Origin: a virus
IMG/VR virus record: IMGVR_UViG_3300044611_002466
Coordinates: 32,001-96,000 of that record
Reading direction: 5' to 3' (one strand)
DNA: 64,000 nt
The notes beneath the pieces were generated by a model. It saw nothing but the letters and a program-made list of their open reading frames with translations, did not search any database and was not told the origin of the DNA. Each line of letters begins with the position of its first letter. Within the stretch, counting starts at the first letter, position 1. Shown here piece after piece: positions 53,144 to 62,114 of the stretch. The position numbers were made by a program, and so were the translations under genes.

Positions 53144-53356
53144 CTACTCCTTGGCGGGCCCCAAGGACGCAACGTAGCTCGCGTGCGCCTTCCACGGACC
53201 GCCGTGGCGCACGTCTATGGCCACCCCCCGGTACCAGTCCCTTCGCTCGGGAGGGCAGGAGCGATGCAGCGCCAGCCCTTCCAGCCACGCCGCGATGGCG
53301 GCCGCGACGGCCTGCTCACTGTCATTCAAGATCGCCGCTTGTTCCTTGTCTCCCAC
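53144..53356 (-). CDS. Small hypothetical protein
   Basis: GAGGTG SD before GTG 53356. Confidence 0.55.
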   Translation of the reverse strand: MGDKEQAAILNDSEQAVAAAIAAWLEGLALHRSCPPERRDWYRGVAIDVRHGGPWKAHASYVASLGPAKE

Positions 53357-53566
53357 GAGTTCACCTCTGGCACTGGGTTGTGAGGACTGCACTGCCGTAC
53401 TTATGCCGTATTCAGGAAGCATCATGCGTTCAGAGCTTCATCATGAAGCCACCTCTTGCATAGTGCGTGCGGCCCTGGGGCGGTACTGAGCCGTTCTCGC
53501 GGCTAAGAGCCAGCGCGCACTTGGAGCCAAAACACGGCGCGAGCCCCAGCAGGATTTCCCCTCCCG

Positions 53567-53575
53567 TGGTATGCT
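53567..53575 (+). promoter_or_regulatory. Extended -10 promoter TG-G-TATGCT, probably leaderless transcript
   Basis: Hexamer ends 7 nt before ATG 53583; no SD. Confidence 0.55.
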
Positions 53576-53582
53576 GGTGCCC

Positions 53583-53825
53583 ATGAAAACCAAACACGTC
53601 AAGATTGGCCGTCTTCAAGTCCGCATCCCCCTGGCGCAGCTCCTGGCTGCCATTCCTGGAGGTGTACGCGCTGCGATCAAGAAGGGGGCGGACGATCGCG
53701 ACCCCTCCAGCCCGGGAGGGAAGAAGATCACGGCTGCGGAGATTGCCGAGGATGTCGCGGCATTCTTCAAGGCATGGGGAGAGGCAGCGCTGCCGGCCAT
53801 CCTACAAGCCAACGGGCTCCCGTAG
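53583..53825 (+). CDS. 80-aa protein, the only + strand gene of the right arm
   Basis: D.D..SPGGKKIT..EI motif; amphipathic helices. Confidence 0.7.
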   Translation: MKTKHVKIGRLQVRIPLAQLLAAIPGGVRAAIKKGADDRDPSSPGGKKITAAEIAEDVAAFFKAWGEAALPAILQANGLP

Positions 53826-53833
53826 CTCCGGCC

Positions 53834-53866
53834 TAAGAAAAGAGGCCGCACACCTGTGCGGCCTCT
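53834..53866. terminator. Terminator between convergent genes
   Basis: AGAGGCCGCAC-ACCT-GTGCGGCCTCT; A-tract gives a U-tail on the - strand. Confidence 0.8.
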
Positions 53867-53872
53867 ACCTCC

Positions 53873-54750
53873 TCAGGTCCAGGCGTTCGCCTCGATGATA
53901 GCCTTGGCCACATCGGGACAAACGCTGTTTCCAATACGGGCGATCTGCTCCGTCTTGGTCCCGGTCAGGATGTAGGAGTCGGGGAAGCCCTGGGCACGCG
54001 CCAGCTCCCTTGGCTGCAGCATCCGCATCCCGATGTCGACCACGGCGTACTCCTCGCCGCCGAGCATGACGGTGACCAAGCCGAACCGCGCCTTGCTCAC
54101 GACTGTGGCCAGCGGCTCGTCAAGCCCCTGCCACTGGCCGCCGTTCGAGTAGTACTTCACCAGGAAGGCAGCCACCAAACCGAGGTGCTGCCCTCCCCCC
54201 GTGACCGTAGGCATCGGGTCCCGAAGGTCGCTGCCCGTCGAGGTCCCGTAGAACTTCGTGAGGTGCGCGACCGTCACCGCGTGGTGGTCCTTCCCGGTGA
54301 CCGTGGACATGGGCTCACGGATGTCGATCCCCACGACCCCGCCGTAGTGCTTGGCCAGGAAGGCGGTCACCAGCGCGTGTTTCCCTCCGCCCCCCACCAC
54401 CGTGCCCAGCGGCGCCTCGATGTTGAGCGCACGCGGGCGCTGCCCCTGCCGCTCGCCGTACCCCACCTGGACGAGGGTGGCCGCGGCCACGACGTGCCTC
54501 GCCTTCGAGGTCACCGTGGTCAGCGGATCGCGCACGCCTCGCGTCGTTGTCGTCGGGCTGGAGGACTGGTGGTCGATGGATGCAACGACGGGAGCGACGA
54601 CCACCCGCCTTTTCCTCCGCCGCAGTGCCATGCTCGCGCTCGGGCGACACACCCGGGTCACCTGCTGGTAGCTCCCATCAGGCAGGAGCTCCAGGAGGAA
54701 GGGGTCCTCCGCCTCGAAGAAGTACCGCTTCAAGCCCTCCGCGATGCGGC
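53873..54750 (-). pseudogene. C-terminal half of a DNA cytosine-C5 methyltransferase (catalytic N-half absent)
   Basis: RRIAEGLKRY.., repeated (D/E)PLxTVT, RMLQPRELARAQGFP..Y, IGNSVCP (motifs IX-X); no FxGxG, PC or ENV motifs. Confidence 0.75.
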
Positions 54751-54933
54751 GCTCTCGGCCTCCGTCACGGGCTCGACGATGCCCGTCTCCTCCTCTTCCC
54801 CCAGGTTGATGTAGATCGTGGTCTCGGCGAACGTGGCGTTCGGGTACTTGTCGAGGATGCGAAGGAGGTTGCCCAGGGGGACACCCCGCTGATCAGTCTT
54901 CACATGGATACGATGGTGTTTGAGCGGTGGCAT
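54730..54933 (-). CDS. Small hypothetical protein
   Basis: 67 aa; overlaps the MTase remnant junction. Confidence 0.55.
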   Translation of the reverse strand: MPPLKHHRIHVKTDQRGVPLGNLLRILDKYPNATFAETTIYINLGEEEETGIVEPVTEAESAASRRA

Positions 54934-55340
54934 TATTCCTCTTCCCCACTGATGTCTGCGAACTCGTTGGGACGGCCCTTCAGGTCTTCGTAAGTGGAGA
55001 CCAGCTCGAGCAGTTGAATGGTTTCTTCGGCGGAGAGCTCGTGCGCCTCACGCCCGGCGAGGAGGTCGGCGATCTCCTGCCTCTTGAGCTCAGTCATGAG
55101 CGGCCAGTTCACCAACATCTTGGTGATGGGCGTTGTGACACTCTCCTGGCCCCGCGGGACGACGTACTTGGTGACGTCGATCTCCTCTACAAGCACGTCG
55201 GGGCCATAGTCGACCTCGGGAGTCGAGATCGCCGTCACCGTCCCGATGACCTTCCCTCCGCAGGTGATGGTGAGTCCCATGAAAGACGCACCGGTTCCCC
55301 AGTCGATGCCCACGTGAAGGGCTTGGTCCCTGCTGCCCAT
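54933..55340 (-). CDS. Hypothetical protein
   Basis: Start refined to MGSRDQ. Confidence 0.55.
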   Translation of the reverse strand: MGSRDQALHVGIDWGTGASFMGLTITCGGKVIGTVTAISTPEVDYGPDVLVEEIDVTKYVVPRGQESVTTPITKMLVNWPLMTELKRQEIADLLAGREAHELSAEETIQLLELVSTYEDLKGRPNEFADISGEEE

Positions 55341-55344
55341 ATCA

Positions 55345-56004
55345 CTACCCACGGGTTCTACGGGCCTTATTCCACACAGCGAGTTCCTCCTCGTCATCCG
55401 GGTCGTCGACGTCCTCATCGGAAGTGCGTCCGACGAACTCCACGGCCTCCACGAGCTCGTCGAGTCCATCGCCCTCGTTCGTGCGGACCTCGACTTGGCA
55501 GGACTCCCCCGCACCGAGGTCGAGCATCTCCTCCCAGTCGAAGACTTCCGGTCCTTGGCCCTCCTTGAGCTTCAGCTTCAGCGTGACCGCCCAGGAGCGC
55601 AGCTTCGATTCAGGCTTGGCCTCGTGGAAGGGCTTGATCTCTGCACTGCATTCCCCGCAGTACTCGTTCTCACCCTCCATGTGGTGCGACCAGCCGACGA
55701 CCAGCCCCTTCTTGAAGTCCTTCGTCGCGCACAGATGGCAGAGCCCGTCCCCGCCGTCCGCCGGGACCACGTAGAGGTACGGGTAGCCCCCGTGACCGTG
55801 CTGCATCAGGTGGTCGACGTGGAACTCCAGCCCGAGCTCCGCCGCGTAGTCGGTCCAGGCGACGGCGCGCAGAGCATCGAGGGTCTCGTCGTCACGACAC
55901 GCGTAGCCTCGAGACCCCGTGAGGTACTCCACGAGCTCTTCGCGCTCCATCTCGTCGAAGTCGCGGTAGAGCTCCGCGACCTTGTCCTTCTTCACGTCCA
56001 TCAT
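55345..56004 (-). CDS. Phage protein with GGYPYLY..DG..LC..C and CGEC Zn-binding motifs
   Basis: Motif pattern; ATGA-coupled. Confidence 0.65.
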   Translation of the reverse strand: MMDVKKDKVAELYRDFDEMEREELVEYLTGSRGYACRDDETLDALRAVAWTDYAAELGLEFHVDHLMQHGHGGYPYLYVVPADGGDGLCHLCATKDFKKGLVVGWSHHMEGENEYCGECSAEIKPFHEAKPESKLRSWAVTLKLKLKEGQGPEVFDWEEMLDLGAGESCQVEVRTNEGDGLDELVEAVEFVGRTSDEDVDDPDDEEELAVWNKARRTRG

Positions 56005-56666
56005 GGGGTCTCCGGAAGGCCGAGCAGCTTCTGCCTGCTGGCTTGCAGTAGTAGGACTCCCACGTCCGCGTGGGAGAGGAGTGTGCGCAGGTTGTGGTTC
56101 AGCTCGCGGATCCTCGACTGGAAGTCCCGCAACGCCGCCCACATCTCTTCGGTGTAGGGAAGCTGTACCCGCACGCCCGGCTCGGGCTGGTACGACCCGT
56201 CGTCCACGACACGACGCTGCTCATTGAAGTACGGGCCGGCCTCGACCTCATCGCGCGGCCACTCTCGAATGAACCCCTTACCGTCTCGCACGGCGAACTC
56301 CATCCTCTGGAAGTCCAGGCGGATGTTGTCGCCAGCGGTCTCTGGGTCGGTTGGATCCCATCTCGTCGTCTGCGTGGAGTAGCTGCGCATGGTGTGCTGC
56401 TCGCGTCGCTCCGGAGGCGCGAGCTCGGCTCGGATGATCGGCACCCAGACGAGGTTGAAGACGCGATCGGCGACGGGGCGGATGGCCCTGACAAGGTCGT
56501 CCCTCGTCTTCGCGCGTACCAGCTCGCCCACCTCCGTCTCGGGGATGCGGGCGTAGAACTCTCCCTCCGTCGCGATGTAGATGCCGACGATGTTGCGCGT
56601 GTCGGGGTGCTTCCACTCGTCGAGACGCCACCGCTTCACGAGTTTGTAGCTTGGAATGCTGCTCAT
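56001..56666 (-). CDS. Hypothetical protein
   Basis: 221-aa ORF. Confidence 0.7.
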   Translation of the reverse strand: MSSIPSYKLVKRWRLDEWKHPDTRNIVGIYIATEGEFYARIPETEVGELVRAKTRDDLVRAIRPVADRVFNLVWVPIIRAELAPPERREQHTMRSYSTQTTRWDPTDPETAGDNIRLDFQRMEFAVRDGKGFIREWPRDEVEAGPYFNEQRRVVDDGSYQPEPGVRVQLPYTEEMWAALRDFQSRIRELNHNLRTLLSHADVGVLLLQASRQKLLGLPETP

Positions 56667-56673
56667 GCCTGAC

Positions 56674-56907
56674 TCACCGGTACTTGTTCGGGTTCTTCAG
56701 AAGGCGCTTCACCGCGCGGGCGACCCGGCGTTTCGCCGTACGGACGTCATCCGCCTGTCCGGCGATCTGTGCCGTACCTCCACCCTGAAAGTCGAGACAC
56801 ACACGCCATTTGTAGGCCCCGAGGGTGTCGGAGAAGTTGATGTGGGAGTAGAACCGTCCCTGGTCGTGATCCTCCCTCCCCACCCACGTGTCTGCAGTCC
56901 ACCTCAT
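56674..56907 (-). CDS. Small hypothetical protein
   Basis: Coupled. Confidence 0.6.
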   Translation of the reverse strand: MRWTADTWVGREDHDQGRFYSHINFSDTLGAYKWRVCLDFQGGGTAQIAGQADDVRTAKRRVARAVKRLLKNPNKYR

Positions 56908-57413
56908 GGTTTCGGTCCTTCCTCGAGAATCGCAGGCTTCGTCCAGGTCAGGAACTCGGCGAGCTCATAGATCACCATGTTGTGTCCGTCGACGGTGAAG
57001 CCGCTACCGCAGCCGGTGTACATGAGGCCTGCAGCCATCAGGGTGCCGACCAGGTGGAGGGAGAGTCCCGCCTCGTTGGGCTCGAGGAGGGGCACGTCCG
57101 CCGGCATCCGGAGGCGTGCTATGCAGATCTTCCACGCGTCCCGTCTGGACATGAAGGAGGACTCGACCAAGTGGACGCTGGCGCTCTGGCCTACGCCGAC
57201 GACCACCTCCTTGTCGTCACGGCAGAGCACCAGGATCTGGTGGTCGAGCAGGGCCCGCTTCTTGGGTGGCTCTTGAAGACTCACGCTCGTTCCTACGCTT
57301 CGGTGTTCGCCCTGGCCGCGATCTTCTGGAAGATCGCAAGCTCGGGGGAAGGTGCGGTCCTTGAGCTCCAGAATGTCCTTGAGCGAGTTCTCTTCCCTGC
57401 GGGTCACGGGCAT
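56904..57413 (-). CDS. Hypothetical protein
   Basis: 169-aa ORF. Confidence 0.6.
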   Translation of the reverse strand: MPVTRREENSLKDILELKDRTFPRACDLPEDRGQGEHRSVGTSVSLQEPPKKRALLDHQILVLCRDDKEVVVGVGQSASVHLVESSFMSRRDAWKICIARLRMPADVPLLEPNEAGLSLHLVGTLMAAGLMYTGCGSGFTVDGHNMVIYELAEFLTWTKPAILEEGPKP

Positions 57414-57640
57414 CCCGAGTCCTCCGATTCGAGGGGAGTGGTGAGCTCTTCCTGCCGAACGACCACCGAGCGCTTCGTCCTATAGACGAGGAACTTGGCA
57501 TCCGGCAGGGTCCCACCTCGTGTGTAGGTGTGTATGTGAGCCCTGTGCCGGCCCACCTCGGCAGGGCAGAATGAGAGGCTGGCGAGCATGCGCTCGTACT
57601 GCGCAGGATCGCCCTCCAAGATGACACGCTGTCGCTTCAT
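57404..57640 (-). CDS. Small hypothetical protein
   Basis: Start refined to MKRQRVIL. Confidence 0.55.
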   Translation of the reverse strand: MKRQRVILEGDPAQYERMLASLSFCPAEVGRHRAHIHTYTRGGTLPDAKFLVYRTKRSVVVRQEELTTPLESEDSGCP

Positions 57641-57662
57641 GCTGTCTCCCGCAGACAATGCC

Positions 57663-58172
57663 CTACCCCGCATCTGCGTCGTCGAAGTAGCGGTTGATGC
57701 GGTCACGGAGGTGGGATGGGAATGCCTCTCCTGCCCCCTCGCTGAACCACTTCCACTTCTTGAGGCGGTTCGCCTTCGGGTTGGTGTATTTGATCGCGGC
57801 CAACGCGAACGTCAGGAAGGGGTGCTCGATTTCCGCGCGCCCATACGCCCGCCATATCGCCTGTTCGACGAGCGCATACGGAAGACACCTACGCAGGTAC
57901 TCCGCGCCCTTCGCGGGGTAGCCGAGGCGTGCGCACTGCCGAGCGCGCCGCCGCACGTCCGCTGCGTAGATCAACGCGTTGAGGCGACGCCAGCGGACTT
58001 CCGACTGTCGGTCCGTGGGCCAGTTAGGTCCCATGGCCGTACACGCAGCCACCAGAGCAGTCATCAGCTCAGTTCCGACACCGACCTGCGGCAACCCGCC
58101 CAGGCGCGCAATGTCGGTACCGGTGAGCTCGTCCGCCAGCGCCTCCTCGACCACACGACTGCTTGTGGTCAT
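57663..58172 (-). CDS. Hypothetical protein
   Basis: ATGA-coupled start MTTSSR. Confidence 0.6.
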   Translation of the reverse strand: MTTSSRVVEEALADELTGTDIARLGGLPQVGVGTELMTALVAACTAMGPNWPTDRQSEVRWRRLNALIYAADVRRRARQCARLGYPAKGAEYLRRCLPYALVEQAIWRAYGRAEIEHPFLTFALAAIKYTNPKANRLKKWKWFSEGAGEAFPSHLRDRINRYFDDADAG

Positions 58173-58396
58173 TTGCCCTCCTGTGCCCGGCGAATCGGAT
58201 CGAGTGAGACGCCCCCGAGCTGCAGATGTAGGAACAAGAGCATCTCCTCTGTGATGTTCTTGATGTTGGAGGGAGCGAAGCCCCCCTTGCTCAGCCACCC
58301 CAGCAGGTCCCACACCGCATCCTCGAGGTCGTCCACCTCCATGGGCTTGGCGCGGTAGATCCTGCAAATCCGGTCGACGCAGGCGTTAGGATCCAT
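58169..58396 (-). CDS. Small protein (MDPNAC...L.GWL.KGGFAP)
   Basis: Recognisable small phage motif. Confidence 0.65.
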   Translation of the reverse strand: MDPNACVDRICRIYRAKPMEVDDLEDAVWDLLGWLSKGGFAPSNIKNITEEMLLFLHLQLGGVSLDPIRRAQEGK

Positions 58397-58589
58397 GAGG
58401 TACTTCCAGACCGAGCGCAGTGTACGCCTCGGCGAGTGTCATCTTCGGGGCGAAGGGTTTGCGCTTGGGGAGGTAGTGCGTGTACGCTTCGATCCGCGCA
58501 TCCAGCACGTCTTTTGCGCGGGACTCCTCCGTGATCTCGGGACCGAGGAAGTGGCCGCCAGAGAACACGAGACCGGACGGCCGGATCAC
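58386..58589 (-). CDS. Small hypothetical protein
   Basis: Coupled. Confidence 0.55.
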   Translation of the reverse strand: MIRPSGLVFSGGHFLGPEITEESRAKDVLDARIEAYTHYLPKRKPFAPKMTLAEAYTALGLEVPHGS

Positions 58590-58849
58590 GGGATCTCCAG
58601 CTTCCCATCGTCGGGGAGCTCGCTCGAGTTGACCTTGTGCACCAGCACGTAGGCGTGGTTGATGGAGCTGTCGGTGTCGGGCAGTCGCTCCGGGGGCTCC
58701 TGGTAGGTGCAGCCCTCACCGTAGCGCAAGAGCTGGATGTGCCCGACTCGCGAGGAGTTGAAGTTCTGGTTCTGGTAGACACCCCAGGTCCCGCCGCGTT
58801 CGCGAAGAGTCTTGACGGTCCCGGGGTCGAGTTCGAGAGTGCGACTCAT
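58586..58849 (-). CDS. Small phage protein (W..YQN...S...GH...L.YG)
   Basis: ATGA-coupled. Confidence 0.6.
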   Translation of the reverse strand: MSRTLELDPGTVKTLRERGGTWGVYQNQNFNSSRVGHIQLLRYGEGCTYQEPPERLPDTDSSINHAYVLVHKVNSSELPDDGKLEIP

Positions 58850-59055
58850 CGGCAGTTCTCCGGAATGATGACGTTTTCGTACTTCTTGACGGTGTTCACG
58901 AGTTCCTTGGCCACCGCCACGTGAAGCCACTTCAGGTGTTTCACGTTGGCGAGGATCTGCCCGCGATTGGCGCAGAGGTCGTAGACGAGCTCGTCATCTC
59001 GGTCGATGCGGCGCTGGGCGGCCACCAGCACATCGTCCCACGTAGGCGACCTCAT
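58846..59055 (-). CDS. Small hypothetical protein
   Basis: ATGA-coupled. Confidence 0.55.
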   Translation of the reverse strand: MRSPTWDDVLVAAQRRIDRDDELVYDLCANRGQILANVKHLKWLHVAVAKELVNTVKKYENVIIPENCR

Positions 59056-59420
59056 GACCAGATCAGGGGCTGACCGCCCAGGTCGCTGATGTTGTCCTGG
59101 ATGGCTTGGACGCGAGCGGCGTCGGCCCTCGCCCCCGTGTATGGGCTCGCGTGGCGGGCAGTCACGGCCTTCGCCACGTACTCGAACTTGGCTGGCAGGA
59201 CGTGGGTCGCGCAGAAGTTCCGAGGATCCTCCACCCCGTCCCACTCGACCCAGGTGTCCTTGTTGATGTCGAGCAGCCACGCGCTGCCGTGCTGGGCCTT
59301 CATCGCCCTGATGACAGCGCGGTTGGCATCGTTCAGGTCATCGTCTGCCTCTGGGCTCCCCTGCCGCAGCCAGCTCAGCAAGATGCTGGTGTGCTTGCGA
59401 GCGGCCTCATCCACGGTCAT
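59052..59420 (-). CDS. Hypothetical protein
   Basis: 122-aa coupled ORF. Confidence 0.65.
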   Translation of the reverse strand: MTVDEAARKHTSILLSWLRQGSPEADDDLNDANRAVIRAMKAQHGSAWLLDINKDTWVEWDGVEDPRNFCATHVLPAKFEYVAKAVTARHASPYTGARADAARVQAIQDNISDLGGQPLIWS

Positions 59421-59802
59421 CGGAGCCTCCGGCCTTCGGTGTCGACTTCGGCTTCCGCTTCCCCGTGGTCTTCTTGATCAGGGTGTACCCGAGCTGGCCC
59501 GCCGCTCGTCGGATCAAGTCCACCTGGTCCTCGTGCGAGTGATGTCCTCGATTTCCCCACTGCTCCTGGAAGACCACGGAGGGGTAGTTCCCTCCGATCG
59601 CCAGGAGCGTGATCACGTTCGCGTTCTGGTTGCTGGCGGCCCAGAACCCGTTCGCGTAGCTTCCGAAGCCGTACTCGACTGGGGCGCCCGCTTCAGCTCG
59701 GCTGATCGCCGTCTTGGTCGCGGTCCACCACTTCGCCGGATCGCTGTCGATCTCGGAGAATGCGTCGTTACAGATCACCAGTCCGGTGTTGAATCCCATC
59801 AC
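59407..59802 (-). CDS. Hypothetical protein (MGFNTGLVICNDA...)
   Basis: AGGTG SD; TACACT -10-like box at 59823-59828. Confidence 0.7.
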   Translation of the reverse strand: MMGFNTGLVICNDAFSEIDSDPAKWWTATKTAISRAEAGAPVEYGFGSYANGFWAASNQNANVITLLAIGGNYPSVVFQEQWGNRGHHSHEDQVDLIRRAAGQLGYTLIKKTTGKRKPKSTPKAGGSDDRG

Positions 59803-59842
59803 CTATCTCCGGAGTTGTTGGAAGTGTATCTACAAGCAGACA

Positions 59843-59870
59843 GGCCCCAGCAGTACGAGCTGCTGGGGCC
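59843..59870 (-). terminator. Intergenic hairpin, probable terminator
   Basis: GGCCCCAGCAG-TACGAG-CTGCTGGGGCC perfect 11-bp stem. Confidence 0.7.
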
Positions 59871-59876
59871 CGGGAA

Positions 59877-60089
59877 TCAGCGGACGACGACGCCCAAGGC
59901 AGCGAACTTCTCGCGTTCCTGTCGAGCCTCTTCGCGCAACCTCTCCGCCTCCGCGAGCTTCTTCGCCGCCTGGAGCTCGCACTTGGCGGCGCGCGCTTCC
60001 TGCTCACCGCCGGGCTGGAGGTAGAACCCTGCGTCCATCCGACCGGTCTTGCGAATGGCGGAGGCGGGTACGATCCCGCAGCGAGCCAT
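59877..60089 (-). CDS. 70-aa protein with R.DA.FY motif and coiled coil
   Basis: IVPASAIRKTGRMDAGFYLQP. Confidence 0.6.
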   Translation of the reverse strand: MARCGIVPASAIRKTGRMDAGFYLQPGGEQEARAAKCELQAAKKLAEAERLREEARQEREKFAALGVVVR

Positions 60090-60524
60090 TTACTCCCCCA
60101 ACTTGATGGCGACGTTGTACTCGCTCGTGTAGTCGTGCTTGGCACGCCACTCCACCTGGACCTCACTCAGGTCCGATCGGTGGAAGCGCACCTCCCACAT
60201 CTCTGTTGCAGCGGCCTGGATGCCTCCCACGAGCGACGCGTCCACCTCGGCGGGTCCGCCGTTGACGTCGATCATGGCGAAGTCGGCCGCCTGGCGGGCC
60301 TCGTCACAGTGCTGCTGGAAGTGGCGCAGCTCGACGGCATCTCCCCGATAGATGACCCAGCTGAAGGTGTCCGGGAGGCTGGGGAGCGGGAGCTCACACA
60401 GCTGCCGCGCGGTCTCCCTCAGGCCTCTCAGGAACTTGATGTCGTTCTCCGAGATCATGAGGATGTGGCTGATGGCGGTGTCCCCGCCGGACGAGTAGTA
60501 GATGTGCCTCTTCTCGGGACTCAT
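60090..60524 (-). CDS. Hypothetical protein
   Basis: ATGA-coupled start MSPEKR. Confidence 0.6.
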   Translation of the reverse strand: MSPEKRHIYYSSGGDTAISHILMISENDIKFLRGLRETARQLCELPLPSLPDTFSWVIYRGDAVELRHFQQHCDEARQAADFAMIDVNGGPAEVDASLVGGIQAAATEMWEVRFHRSDLSEVQVEWRAKHDYTSEYNVAIKLGE

Positions 60525-60883
60525 CCGAAGAGCTCCGTACGCTGTGTGCTGAGCGTGGCAGAGATCACCGAGCGGCGCTCGTTGAAGCGCTGAGCCACCT
60601 CCTTCGCGACGGGCCGCAGCCCGGTCGCCTTCCACACCCACACGCAGCTCTCGATGGTCTGCTCGAGCCACCCGTTCTCGCGCACGGCCGGCAGCGCGCC
60701 CCACCTGCTGAGCGCGGCGTGCCACACCGCGACGTCCTCGTGCTCCACCAGCTCGCCCTTCTCGTCCAGGACGAAGTAGACAAGCGGGCCGGCGGGAGCC
60801 GGAGGCGCCTCAGCCTTCGCCTCCTGCCACACCCCCACACGAAACTCGACCTCTTCCCGATACGGAATGTTCACGACGTCCAT
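60521..60883 (-). CDS. Hypothetical protein
   Basis: Start refined to MDVVNIP. Confidence 0.55.
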   Translation of the reverse strand: MDVVNIPYREEVEFRVGVWQEAKAEAPPAPAGPLVYFVLDEKGELVEHEDVAVWHAALSRWGALPAVRENGWLEQTIESCVWVWKATGLRPVAKEVAQRFNERRSVISATLSTQRTELFG

Positions 60884-60926
60884 ACAAGCACCCCACGATT
60901 GAGAGTTGATAGCGTAGCGTGCATCG

Positions 60927-61181
60927 CTACTTCCAGCGGTCGATGATGACCTCTGCACGCGAGCCGTCCGGCTTCTTCCCGCTCTCGACGTAGCAGGTGC
61001 CGCTGTTGCCGTAGATACGGCAGTAGACCCGCCGCCATCTCCTTGAGCCCGGGAGCTGCACCATGAGGGTCATCGGGATGCGAGACCCGTACCCGCTCAG
61101 ATTAAACGAAACACCCATCTTCTGCCACCAGAGGAGCTTTTCCTTCCAGCGACAGGGCTTGCCATTCGCAGTAACCTCCAT
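60927..61181 (-). CDS. Small phage protein (SGYG.RIP...RWRRVYC..Y.NSGT.YV)
   Basis: Recognisable motif. Confidence 0.7.
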   Translation of the reverse strand: MEVTANGKPCRWKEKLLWWQKMGVSFNLSGYGSRIPMTLMVQLPGSRRWRRVYCRIYGNSGTCYVESGKKPDGSRAEVIIDRWK

Positions 61182-61591
61182 GACTCACTCCCGCGCATAG
61201 TCCTTACATCATTAACGCGCCGGACATGCAGCAGATGAAGCACTCCTGGGCAGCGCGCAGTTGTCGCATACTCGGTGTTCCTGTAGATCAGCCGGAACCG
61301 TATGTCCGGCTCAGCCGCGCGGTACCGTCGGTAGTTGTCCTGAAGCCATCCTCTGTATCCACCGCGCTGACACTGCACGATGAGGAGATCCTCCCATCCA
61401 TGTACGCGTCCGTAGTAGCCCTGGAGGACTCGGTACTTCGCCGAGGGTGGCCAGCCAGATCGATCTTGGGTGCCTGTACGAAGGAACCAGCGCGCACGAC
61501 AGAATACCGTGCGTGCGCGCTTAGTTGCACCGCAGAGGGGCAGCTCCTCCAAGAGCTGCCCCTCGCAATCGCGGAGGTTGGTAGTCGTCAT
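61097..61591 (-). CDS. Hypothetical protein (Y.VLQG.YG...GWEDL motif)
   Basis: ATGA-coupled start; 3' end overlaps the next gene by 85 nt. Confidence 0.55.
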   Translation of the reverse strand: MTTTNLRDCEGQLLEELPLCGATKRARTVFCRARWFLRTGTQDRSGWPPSAKYRVLQGYYGRVHGWEDLLIVQCQRGGYRGWLQDNYRRYRAAEPDIRFRLIYRNTEYATTARCPGVLHLLHVRRVNDVRTMRGSESWRLLRMASPVAGRKSSSGGRRWVFRLI

Positions 61592-61806
61592 CGTCCGAGT
61601 TCGCCGGTGTAGCAGTACACGCCCACGAGGGTCCACACGTGGTGCGGGCCGAACTCCTCGACCGCCTGCTCGATCGCAGCTTTCTTGGAGCTGGCGAAGA
61701 TCCGGCGCGTGCTCACGACGGGGTTGAACGCCGGAATAGGATCTGTGCGTGACATCGTCACGTCGTACTCCCGGTCGGTACTCCGTCCCCAGACCCTCAT
61801 GCCCAT
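61588..61806 (-). CDS. Small hypothetical protein
   Basis: Coupled. Confidence 0.6.
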   Translation of the reverse strand: MGMRVWGRSTDREYDVTMSRTDPIPAFNPVVSTRRIFASSKKAAIEQAVEEFGPHHVWTLVGVYCYTGELGR

Positions 61807-62114
61807 GTCGAGTCCTGCGGGTCGTTCACGTTGGGGACGTTCTCCTGTCCGAAGTAGGCGCGGCAGTCCGCTCGAAGAGCCCGACGAAGTCTACGCGTCT
61901 TCAGCAGGCGCTGGAGGATGCCCGCGTAGTCAGGCCAGTTCTCGGGCCGGGGCTCCTCGTTGAGAGCCATCTCGTCGAACGAAGAGCGCCAGACCGCGAA
62001 CGCGGCCACTTCCTGCCAGTCCTTCTCCTTCATCCAGGAGAGCTCCGGGAAGCATGCGGTGAGGGCGCCGATCTCTTCCGTGGTCAGCGGTTCCGTCGAC
62101 ATCACCACTCCCAC
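61797..62114 (-). CDS. Hypothetical protein
   Basis: 105-aa ORF. Confidence 0.6.
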   Translation of the reverse strand: MGVVMSTEPLTTEEIGALTACFPELSWMKEKDWQEVAAFAVWRSSFDEMALNEEPRPENWPDYAGILQRLLKTRRLRRALRADCRAYFGQENVPNVNDPQDSTWA

